Shown: positions 48,801-56,912 of the stretch, piece after piece
Layout: each line of letters opens with the position of its first letter
How positions within the stretch are numbered: the stretch's first letter is position 1
Assembly: GCA_963719515.1 (NCBI GenBank)
Contig: CAVRCJ010000001.1
Location: 301,079 to 365,078 of the forward strand
Length of the DNA: 64,000 bases
Source of the DNA: an uncultured cyanobacterium
GTDB taxonomy: Bacteria; Cyanobacteriota; Cyanobacteriia; CAKZMO01
Direction of reading: 5' to 3'
The notes under the pieces: model-generated
The model's input: only the letters and a program-made list of their open reading frames with translations
What the model was told of the DNA's origin: nothing
Database searches by the model: none
Program-made: the position numbers and the translations under genes

Positions 48801-51522
48801 GCTAGCGCTGGAGACTTTTGAGCAGGCGCTGGCCATTCAACAAGATATCGGCGATCGCGATCGGGAAGCCACGACCCTCAACAATATTGGTGGCGTCTAC
48901 CAAAACCTAGCGCAGTACGAAAAGGCACTAGATTTCTATCAGCAGGCCCTTACCATTACCCAGGAACTTGAGGATCGCGCCGGGGAGGGCGACATCCTCA
49001 ACAATATAGGTTTTGCTTATAAAAGCTTGGGACAGTATCAGCAAGCGCTGAATCTTTACGAGAAATCCCTAGCCATTCGCCGAGAAATTGGCGATCGGGT
49101 TGGGGAGGGAGTCAACATGGGCAATATTAGCTTAGTCTACTTCGATTTAGGACAGCCTCAGCTGGCTCTGAAGACCTCCCAGGAAGCCTTAACCATCCTT
49201 CGAGACATCGGCGCTCGTGCCGAGGAGGGAAGTGCTATCAATATTCTTGGTGGGCTTTATGACAGCTTGGGACAGTATCAGCAGGCGCTGGAGCTCTACG
49301 AGCAGTCCCTAGCCATTCGCCAAGAAATTGGCGATCGCCTTGGCGAAGGAATTACCCTCAACAATATTGGCGTGACCTATGGCCAGCTAGGGCAGTATCA
49401 GCTTGCACTGGAGACCGCTCAGCGAGCCTTAGCCATCTCCCAAGATATCGGTGCTCGCGCTGAGGAAGCAAATACCCTGACTAACATCGGCGTGCTGTAT
49501 GCCGATCTTGAACAATATCAGCGCGCCTCAGAGTTCTATCAGCAGGCTCTGGCCATCCGGCAGGAGATTGGCGACCAGGCAGGGGTAGGCCACACGCTCC
49601 ACAACATCGGCGCAAACTACCGTGAACTAGGGCAGTATTCTCAAGCGCTAGCGTTTCATCAACAGGCCGTCGCCATTGGTCAAGACATTGGTAATCAGGC
49701 CGTAGTAGGCTCTGCCCTCAACGGAGTAGGCCTAGCCTACGAGAAGCTCGCTCAATACGAAGAAGCGGTAGCGGCCTATCAGCAAGCTTTAGCTATTCGC
49801 CAAGAAGTGGGCGATCGCGCTGGAATAGGACAAACCTTAGGTGATATGGGCTCTGCACTCAGCGCTCTAGATCAGCCTGAACTCGCCATTCTCTTCCTCA
49901 AGCAGTCGGTGAATCAGTACGAAGCCATCCGCGATGACATTCGTGGCCTCAGCGACGAGCAGCAGCAGTCCTATACTGATACGGTTGAAGAAACCTACCG
50001 CGAACTCGCCGATCTGCTGCTGCAGGAAAACCGTATCCTCGAAGCCCAGCGCGTTTTGGACCTGCTAAAAGTCCAAGAACTCGACGACTACCTAGAAAAC
50101 GTCCGTAGCACTCCCGAAACTCGTCAAGGTGTCGAGACGCTGCCTCCAGAAAACGAACTTCTCGAAGAATACAATGCCCGTCTCGCCCGAGCCGTTGAGC
50201 TGGGCAAACAGCTCCAGGCTATCCCCAACGACCTCACCCAGCGCACCCCTGAGCAAGAGCAGCAGCGCCGCGACATCGAAGACGAGCAAAAGGCGATTCT
50301 CAGAGAATTTCTCGACTTCATCGACACACCTCAGGTCCAAGACCTCGTCGCCCAGCTGCGGCAAACCACCGAAGGAGGAAATCTAGAACCTGCCCTGCTC
50401 CGCAGCCTCCAAGACGACCTACTAGAGCTAGGGGAAGACGCCGCCCTCATCTATCCTCTCGTCCTTGAAGATCGACTAGAGCTAGTGCTCGTCACACCTT
50501 ATGCCCCGCCCATCAGTCGCCCCGTCGGCGTCGGCAAGGCCGAGTTAAATGAAGCCATCTTGGCCTACCGCCAAGCCTTGGATAACCCCACGAGTAATCC
50601 TGAACCGCTGGCTCAACAGCTCTACGACTGGCTCATCCGTCCACTAGATGCTGCCCTGCAAGAAGCCGATACCCAAACCCTGATTTACGCCCCCGACGGG
50701 CAACTACGCTATATCCCGCTGGCCGCCCTTCATGACGGGGAGCAGTGGCTCGCCGAGCGATACCGCGTCAACCACATCACCGCCCTAAGCCTCGCCGACT
50801 GGGATGACGCCTCTCAAGCCCCAAAAATTCTCGCTGGAGCCTTTGGGTCGCAGGGGCAAAGCGTTGAGGTTACGGGCGATCGCCTCACGTTTGACGGCTT
50901 GCCGTTCACTATCGACGAGGTTCAAACCCTAGCCGACAGCATCGATAACACCACCACCCTACTCGACGCCAACTTCACCCTCGATGAAACCGAAGCGCGC
51001 ATGAGCGACTATTCCATTTTGCACCTAGCAACCCACGCCGCTTTCGTCATTGGTGACCCTAGCGAGTCCTTCATTCTGTTTGGCAACGGCGATCGCGCCA
51101 CCTTCCGCGATGTTGAGCTATGGCCCCTGAACAACACCGACTTAGTAGTGCTGAGCGCCTGTGAGACAGGAGTAGGCGGTATTCGCGATGGCGATGGACG
51201 AGAGATCTTAGGCTTCGGTTACCTGATGCAGGAAGCCGGGGCCAAAGCGGCAATCGCCTCCCTCTGGCAGGTAAGCGACGGCGGCACCCAAACCCTAATG
51301 AACGCCTTTTACACCGCGTTGAACAACGGCTACAGCAAAGCCGAAGCCCTACAGCGATCGCAGCAGGCCCTAATCACTGGCGACGAAGCCGTCGTTGCAG
51401 GAGAGCGCAGCGCTGACGTCGAAGTCCTTGATGGGCGCACCGGAACGCCCCTAGCGGCCAGCGGAGACTTGAGCCATCCTTATTACTGGGCACCATTCAT
51501 CCTGATTGGCAACGGGCTATAG
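45802..51522 (+). CDS. Secreted giant TPR-CHAT protease (CHAT-D), roughly 30 TPRs
   Basis: Signal MRFSVLW...VLA; long array of 40-aa GDRAGEG.TLNNIG repeats; HLATH and LSACETG dyad. Confidence 0.93.
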   Translation: MRFSVLWLGLTVLMVEGAIAPRVLAQSEGSAPSVQTEGEASLEISEAEALLAEGDRLFYQGRLLEALETLEQARNLYQERGDALGEANALVSLSLVQGWLSEYEEGRSLVQAALDIYQSLESDAETQLAEARALHRLAVTQYGLDERETALETLARSRSLFRELGASVDEGIALLDTGAISIREGEPEDGLEPLNEGLALLNNTSADAEAGSIAELRREYYKALGLAWIGRGYGLLEQPNEALEAIAASLTISRSIDARLVENSALLSKGLIYENQQEFDLAEEAYKQALTVLQPIGSMISEGNVWNRLGNLYKQQEQYDEALAAYQQALSLFQQAENLEEIGSAWYFIATVHQSLEQFDEAIAAYQKSIDIFTASDELGLSGIVLQALGTLYQIQERYEEALATYQQALPILQEAEEQEQEGWTWYWIAQNYTLQNQQEEAIEAYQRSLTIFTELEQPRTQATMLKLMGDTYQNQGQFEPAIEAYEQALAIRREVGDQPEEAVTLNSIGLVRDSQERYDQALDAYEQALAIVRGMDERSGEDIILSNVGSIYEDQGRYDEALETYEQVLDIRREAGDRAGECTTLNTIGLIYDDLDQYLQALETHQQALIVCREVGDRATESSVLGNIGIVYRALGRYESVLDVFQQALIIKRELGDRAGEGLVLNHIGLTHSDLGQYLQALEAYEQSLAIRRELGDRAGESAVLNNIGAIYKAQSRYELALELYEQSLAIDREIGDRIGESTTLANIGVVHNVQGRYELALELTQQALAIKREVKDRAGQGAVLDNIGSVYNSLGQYELALEFYQQALEIRREVSARLGESITLSSIGQVYINTGQYQQALDTFQQALDISQQLGSPAQEGAILNDIGIVYDRLGRYQPALETYEQALAINREIGNRAGEGTTLNNIGLTYGNLGQYQVALDLFQQSLAIKQEIGDRPGEGTTFNNLAGIYGGLGQYQLSLETYEQALAILRDVGDRAGEGNILNNIGSIHNSLGRYSLALETFEQALAIQQDIGDRDREATTLNNIGGVYQNLAQYEKALDFYQQALTITQELEDRAGEGDILNNIGFAYKSLGQYQQALNLYEKSLAIRREIGDRVGEGVNMGNISLVYFDLGQPQLALKTSQEALTILRDIGARAEEGSAINILGGLYDSLGQYQQALELYEQSLAIRQEIGDRLGEGITLNNIGVTYGQLGQYQLALETAQRALAISQDIGARAEEANTLTNIGVLYADLEQYQRASEFYQQALAIRQEIGDQAGVGHTLHNIGANYRELGQYSQALAFHQQAVAIGQDIGNQAVVGSALNGVGLAYEKLAQYEEAVAAYQQALAIRQEVGDRAGIGQTLGDMGSALSALDQPELAILFLKQSVNQYEAIRDDIRGLSDEQQQSYTDTVEETYRELADLLLQENRILEAQRVLDLLKVQELDDYLENVRSTPETRQGVETLPPENELLEEYNARLARAVELGKQLQAIPNDLTQRTPEQEQQRRDIEDEQKAILREFLDFIDTPQVQDLVAQLRQTTEGGNLEPALLRSLQDDLLELGEDAALIYPLVLEDRLELVLVTPYAPPISRPVGVGKAELNEAILAYRQALDNPTSNPEPLAQQLYDWLIRPLDAALQEADTQTLIYAPDGQLRYIPLAALHDGEQWLAERYRVNHITALSLADWDDASQAPKILAGAFGSQGQSVEVTGDRLTFDGLPFTIDEVQTLADSIDNTTTLLDANFTLDETEARMSDYSILHLATHAAFVIGDPSESFILFGNGDRATFRDVELWPLNNTDLVVLSACETGVGGIRDGDGREILGFGYLMQEAGAKAAIASLWQVSDGGTQTLMNAFYTALNNGYSKAEALQRSQQALITGDEAVVAGERSADVEVLDGRTGTPLAASGDLSHPYYWAPFILIGNGL

Positions 51523-51529
51523 TCACAAG

Positions 51530-52949
51530 CAGCAATTCTCAGTTTGGCGAAAGGGTAGCGATGGTTGAGGGATTAGGAGTAGTGTGATGACATCGAGACG
51601 CAGCTGAGCGTGACGCTGATTGAAGCAACCAGGCAAATTTGACGCCATCGTAAGCTACTTCCGCCAAGTGCTGGCAACGCTACCGGACCAGCGCAGGGGG
51701 AGCAATAGTCGATATGGGATGGAAGATGCAGCGCTGAGCGCGTTCAGCGTGTTCTTCACTCAGACGCCATCGTTTCTAGCGTATCAGCGGGCAATGGAGG
51801 GGAACAAGGGCAGTAGTAATGCTCAAAGCCTGTTCGGGGTGCATCAGATACCGAGCGACAACCAGGTTCGCAGCTTGCTCGATGGGGTGAGTCCGAGCTG
51901 CCTTTTGGCGGTGTTTGAGCACATCATAGCGGTGCTAGAGGAGAGCGGGCATCTAGAGGGGATGCGCTCGGTGGGCGGGACGGTGCTGATAGCGCTAGAC
52001 GGCACGGAGTATTTCAGCTCCAAGAAGATCCACTGCCCAGCATGCTCAACGCGAGCGCTCAAGAATGGGCAGACCCACTACTTCCACAGCGTAGTGACGC
52101 CAGTGGTAGTTTGCCCTGGGCGCAGCGAGGTGCTGCCGCTGATGCCAGAGTTTGTGGTGCCGCAGGATGGTCATGACAAGCAAGACTGCGAGAGTGCAGC
52201 AGCAAAGCGCTGGCTGCTGGGTCATGGCGCACGCTACAGCGCCTGGAATACAACGCTGCTGGGCGATGACCTCTATTGCCGCCAGCCCCTAGTCAAGCTA
52301 CTGCAAGAGCAACAGTTCAACTTCATCTTCACCTGCCGCCCTGAGTCTCACACCACGCTCTACGAGCATCTAGAGGGTATCGAGATACCGACAGTCGTCA
52401 CCCAGCGCTGGACCGGCAAGATGCAGGAGACTTACACCTACCGCTACCTCAATGGGGTGCCGCTGATTGACCACAAGGACGCCCTGAGCGTCAACTGGTG
52501 TGAGCTGACGGTGACTCGCCCTGACGGCCAGGTCCTCTACAAGAACGCTTTTGCCACCAATCACGCCATTACTGACGGCACCGTCGCTGAGCTAGTGCAG
52601 GCCGCTCGCTCCCGCTGGAAGATTGAGAACGAGAACAACAACACGCTCAAAACCAAGGGCTACAACCTAGAGCACAACTTCGGCCACGGCCAGCAGCATC
52701 TGGCCTCCTTCTTGTTGACCCTCAATGTCCTAGCGCTACTATTCCACACCCTGCTGGAGTTGCTCGATACTAAGTACAAGTTGCTCAGGACGCATCTAAG
52801 CGCCCGTAAGACCTTTTTTGATGACTTGCGGGCACTGACCCGCTACATGTATTTCGACAGTTGGGACCATCTACTCACCTTCATGCTCGACGGTCTAGAG
52901 CTAGAGATACCGCCCGACACCAGCTGATTTCCTAAACTGAGAATTGCTG
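51530..52949 (+). mobile_element. ISNCY-like insertion sequence
   Basis: TIR cagcaattctcagttt / aaactgagaattgctg; 9-bp TSD agtcacaag overlapping the CHAT-D stop codon. Confidence 0.92.
51620..52927 (+). CDS. DDE transposase (ISNCY-like)
   Basis: ALDGTEYF, LGDDLY and RWKIENENNNTLK motifs; probable TTG/ATT-type start. Confidence 0.88.
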   Translation: MKQPGKFDAIVSYFRQVLATLPDQRRGSNSRYGMEDAALSAFSVFFTQTPSFLAYQRAMEGNKGSSNAQSLFGVHQIPSDNQVRSLLDGVSPSCLLAVFEHIIAVLEESGHLEGMRSVGGTVLIALDGTEYFSSKKIHCPACSTRALKNGQTHYFHSVVTPVVVCPGRSEVLPLMPEFVVPQDGHDKQDCESAAAKRWLLGHGARYSAWNTTLLGDDLYCRQPLVKLLQEQQFNFIFTCRPESHTTLYEHLEGIEIPTVVTQRWTGKMQETYTYRYLNGVPLIDHKDALSVNWCELTVTRPDGQVLYKNAFATNHAITDGTVAELVQAARSRWKIENENNNTLKTKGYNLEHNFGHGQQHLASFLLTLNVLALLFHTLLELLDTKYKLLRTHLSARKTFFDDLRALTRYMYFDSWDHLLTFMLDGLELEIPPDTS

Positions 52950-52977
52950 AGTCACAAGATAGGTCTAAAGTCAGGCG

Positions 52978-53034
52978 GTAGGGACATGGCACTGCCATGT
53001 CCTTACAAAAGGCATACCCCAAATCAGCAACGCC
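52978..53034. repeat. REP-like palindromic repeat (copy of 23014-23066)
   Basis: gtagggacatggcactgccatgtccttac plus matching flank. Confidence 0.75.
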
Positions 53035-53041
53035 CTAAGTA

Positions 53042-53073
53042 AAGAGGCCCAGGGGCATATCCCTGGACCTCTT
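53042..53073. terminator. Hairpin downstream of the peroxidase gene
   Basis: aagaggcccaggg-gcatat-ccctggacctctt. Confidence 0.55.
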
Positions 53074-53096
53074 CTCAACACAGCGGAGAGCACACC

Positions 53097-55967
53097 TTAG
53101 ACAAATACAAAGCTGTTGCGAATCGCAGTGGCGTTATCCGTCACGTTATCCAAGATAGCAATCAGCTCCACCTGGTTTGTCGCATCATCGCGATAGAGCA
53201 GCTGCGCATCAGCTGTACCGACCCCTATCGAAAACAGCTCGATTTCGTAGTTTGAGCCATTGCCCTGCAGCTGAATCTCATCTTGACCCGGCTGGAAGTC
53301 GGTGATCTCCGCGAAGTCTTGGAAGCCAAAATTAGAGGGATGGCCGTCCAGGTAGTAAATCGCCTCGATATCGCCCAAAATAAAGCGATCGCTGCCTGCC
53401 CCTCCGGTCAATACGTCGTGCTGACCGACGCCAGCAGAGCGGGCATTCGCGCCGTTGAGAATGTCGTTGCCGCTACCCCCCAGGAGCGTGTCGCTGCCCC
53501 CGTCGCCTCGAAGGATGTCGTTGCCGGTGCTGCCATAGAGGCGATCGCCTTGGCTACCGCCAAACAGGGTGTCGTTACCGCTACTGCCGATGAGGGTGTC
53601 TTCGCCGGCAAAGCCGACGATAAAGTCGTCTCCGCCGTTGCCAAAGATCAGGTCCTCGCCCAAGCCACCGTCTAGCCGCTCGTCTGCCTCGCTGCCCGAG
53701 TTCGTCAGCGAGAAGGCGTTGTCTTGAATGATGGTGGTGTTGGTGTTGCGGCGGATGATATCCGACAGGCTCACATCTTGGATGGCCTCCACCTCTTCGG
53801 GGAGCAGGGTATTTTCGAAGTAGAAGCGATCGCCATTCCGCAGCCGCAAAAACTGATCTTGCAAAATCACGCCCACCGTTTCGCCGACGCTACTGCCTGG
53901 CTCTAAATCTTCGGCCAGCAGTCCGACAAAGGCGTCGATGTCGTTGACGCTGCCGTAGATCTCCTGCAAGGTCTGCTGAATCTCAGGGCTAGTACTGATT
54001 TGGGAGAAGCTTGTAACCCGCGCCAGCCCGAAGGACTCGCGCACCGTATTGTAGTCGGCAACGCCGTTCAGCCGTCCCCGCTCAATGTTGATGGCGGCGA
54101 GGTCGCGTGCTGGGGAGTTGGGGCCTTCTCCAAACAGGAGGCTGCGCACGTCTTCAATCACCAGGTTGTCCACCCGCTGACTCTGGGAAGACGCGACGCC
54201 TCGCAAAAAGCCGTCGATGCCTTCCTCCTGCAGCAGCCCAACGCCGGGGAAGAAGATCTCGCTCAGTCGGCGATCGCTCCCACTGGGAGTACCGTCGACG
54301 TTGAGCTGCGGCACAACGGAGCTGAGCTGGGTGTGCCCTAGGCGGAACGCGGCGACCGAAAAGACCCGTTGAATAGAGGGATTAACTAACGAGTTATATC
54401 CGGTGTAGTCCGGCAGCGCCTCGCCCAGCAGCGTCGGTAGGTATTCGTTGAAGGTGATGTTCTGCATCTGGGCGATGTTGATCTGGCGGGCGCGCTGGAA
54501 TAGCTGTTCATCCGTCCAGTCCGCGTGGGTTTGTGCGAGCCTGCCAGCAATCTGATTGTGCTCGCGGACGAACAGCGTGTGCAGGGAGGTGAGCACCGAG
54601 TTTTCGTTAGCCCGCTCGTCTCCAGCAAGGAACTGGGGACGACCCTCGAAGGAAATCGGGAGCAGGTTGCCGCTGCTGGTGCGCAGTCGTCCGCCGCCAA
54701 AGGACCGTAGCTCCGTGAGCTGGGCCTCGTCAGAGCCATAAACGTTAGAGCCGTCTACGAAGTGGGTGATGGCATTGGGCAGCTGTCGGGGGTTGTTGGG
54801 GCTGGTGCCCGTTCCTTCTACAAATTGGCTTTCCCGCAGGCTGATGACGTTGCTGGGGCTGAGAGCCGGGTCGTCCGCTGGAATCTCAATCTCCACAATT
54901 AGCCCTTCGGCTTCGGCCTCTTCCTCCGGAACGTCGCGGTTGAGGGTGATGTCGTGGTCCAAGAACTGCCCCCAGCCCCAGATCAAATTGGTCAGGCCGC
55001 GCGGCTCAGGAACCACGCCCTCCTGCTGAGAGATGGCGTTGCTGATCACACGGGGGTTGGGCCGGTCTTGACCAGCGGGGGTGGAGAAGCCGTTGCCGTA
55101 GTCGAGGGGAACGGTGTCGAGGAGTGGTGACCCCGCCGAACCCAGCGCCGGGTTCAAAATGTTGTTGCCAAAGCCGTCGGTGGGGCTGTTGAGGTCAGCG
55201 GGCGTAAAGCCAGCGCTGTAAGGGTCAAACCCGATCAGGGGATCGCCGGGTGTGTTGGGGCGAACCGATTGGACGCTGAGGGTGTAGTTTCCCGTTACGT
55301 CAGCGCCGAAGGAGGTGGCCTGGACAATGTAGTTGCGGCCTGGAGTGGCAATGAAAGAAAGCGAGGCATCGAGGTTGGGGCCGCTGTCGTCGTCTTGGGC
55401 CAGCAGCGCCCCTGTGTCTGCGTCGACAAGCTGTAAGAAGGTGTCAAAGCTGCCGGCGGCGTCGATAGTCACAACTTCCCCTGGCTGTGTGCTCAAGAGG
55501 TAGCCGTCGTAGAACCGACCGTTGCGGTTGGGGTTGGAAAAGTCGCCGGAGCTAAGGCTGCCGCCGATCACCTGGTTGCTGGAGAGCGGGCTTGCCGGGG
55601 TAAGCAGACCGTCGTCGGTGGAGAGAGTATAGCTGCCGGTGTCGCCTACGGCGAAGGTGGTGGTTCGAACGATGTAGTCGATATTTGGCTGAGCGGTGAA
55701 TGAAAGCTGGGAGTTGAGGCTGCCGTTGCTGTCATCGTTGAATGAAATAACTTCGCCAGTATCGGCGTTAATGAGCTGCAAAAAGGCGTCAATTTCATTA
55801 GAGGCAAGGTCAACGGTAACCTCGCTTCCTGGTGCGATGCTCTGCAGGTAAAAGTCATCGGAAAAGCGACCGTTTCGGGTCAGATTATTCGGGTCGAATT
55901 CCTCTAACAATCCAGTCCAGTTTTGCAATAGAAAAGATGAGCTTATCGGGTTGAAGTTGCCTTCCAT
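53097..55967 (-). CDS. Animal-type heme peroxidase with N-terminal PPC-like domains and C-terminal RTX Ca-binding repeats
   Basis: WGQFLDHDI, AGDERANEN, AFRLGHT, AINIERGR; GGxGxDxL nonapeptides. Confidence 0.92.
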   Translation of the reverse strand: MEGNFNPISSSFLLQNWTGLLEEFDPNNLTRNGRFSDDFYLQSIAPGSEVTVDLASNEIDAFLQLINADTGEVISFNDDSNGSLNSQLSFTAQPNIDYIVRTTTFAVGDTGSYTLSTDDGLLTPASPLSSNQVIGGSLSSGDFSNPNRNGRFYDGYLLSTQPGEVVTIDAAGSFDTFLQLVDADTGALLAQDDDSGPNLDASLSFIATPGRNYIVQATSFGADVTGNYTLSVQSVRPNTPGDPLIGFDPYSAGFTPADLNSPTDGFGNNILNPALGSAGSPLLDTVPLDYGNGFSTPAGQDRPNPRVISNAISQQEGVVPEPRGLTNLIWGWGQFLDHDITLNRDVPEEEAEAEGLIVEIEIPADDPALSPSNVISLRESQFVEGTGTSPNNPRQLPNAITHFVDGSNVYGSDEAQLTELRSFGGGRLRTSSGNLLPISFEGRPQFLAGDERANENSVLTSLHTLFVREHNQIAGRLAQTHADWTDEQLFQRARQINIAQMQNITFNEYLPTLLGEALPDYTGYNSLVNPSIQRVFSVAAFRLGHTQLSSVVPQLNVDGTPSGSDRRLSEIFFPGVGLLQEEGIDGFLRGVASSQSQRVDNLVIEDVRSLLFGEGPNSPARDLAAINIERGRLNGVADYNTVRESFGLARVTSFSQISTSPEIQQTLQEIYGSVNDIDAFVGLLAEDLEPGSSVGETVGVILQDQFLRLRNGDRFYFENTLLPEEVEAIQDVSLSDIIRRNTNTTIIQDNAFSLTNSGSEADERLDGGLGEDLIFGNGGDDFIVGFAGEDTLIGSSGNDTLFGGSQGDRLYGSTGNDILRGDGGSDTLLGGSGNDILNGANARSAGVGQHDVLTGGAGSDRFILGDIEAIYYLDGHPSNFGFQDFAEITDFQPGQDEIQLQGNGSNYEIELFSIGVGTADAQLLYRDDATNQVELIAILDNVTDNATAIRNSFVFV

Positions 55968-56129
55968 GGCGCTGTGTTCCTCACACGTTTGAAGTCTGAA
56001 AATAGATGACGGTATTCGTCGGGCGATCGCTTACGGTGGTGATGGGCTGGTTCCGTAGGGGCGATCGCCTTGTGTCATCACGTACCTCTAGCAGCGCAAG
56101 GGGTATGGATTTTCTTTTGCGAAAGGGCG

Positions 56130-56462
56130 AGGTGATGCGCGGGTGGAGTACCCGCTTACTGTGAGCAACTGGTTGAAGGGCAGCTTCAGCTACTACTTTG
56201 AAGCCAGCAATTTTCTGATTGTTGAGGCTGAGCGGGAGAACCTATACAGCGGGTTTACCCAGCTTGGTGCGGACTGCTGGCTTTAGATCAGTGGATTGAG
56301 AGCGATGTGCCGATGCTTTATGGGGCGGTTAGCGTAAGGCAGATTTGGCAGTTTGACTTGCTGTACTGGGGGGAGAAACACTTAATCCTTCATCGAGTTC
56401 CACAGGAACTAGAGCCGATGATCCGAATGTTGGTTGGTGTTATTTCAGGTGTGTCGAGGTAA
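56130..56462 (+). pseudogene. Decayed fragment of a cyanobacterial nuclease-like hypothetical gene
   Basis: VEYPLTVS...LIVEA...GFTQL, then shifted LALDQWIE...LYGAV, IWQF and RVPQELEPMIRMLV, broken by indels. Confidence 0.55.
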
Positions 56463-56912
56463 GAGGGCTGATGAGATGGCGAGGATAGATGATTGGCCAG
56501 CAGCATCGATTAAGTCTTGGAGTTACTGCTAGGCTTTGTTAACTGAAATTGTAATTTTCTCTGTCGCAGAAATAGATGACTTCCTGTAAGTAGATACTAA
56601 TCAATTAGGCTCAATTGGCAGTCAAGCGCGTAAAAAATGCTTGAGCGTAGTCAAGGCCATAGGTCTCTTTTATAAAGAAATTGTTGCAAATTAGCTATGC
56701 TGTTCCCTCTGTACAGTTTGATTAGAAGTAAGCGGATAGGCTTGAGAAATTGTAGTTAGATCGTAAAATGCAAACTATATCAGCACGTTTCCTTAACTAG
56801 GCTCTCAGAACCGTCTTTACAAAATCTAACTTGCGTAGGTTAATTTGCACTGCAGGTTAACTTGTACTAATCTGCTTATTTAGTCTTAGTTACTCTCACC
56901 GATCTTCAAATC

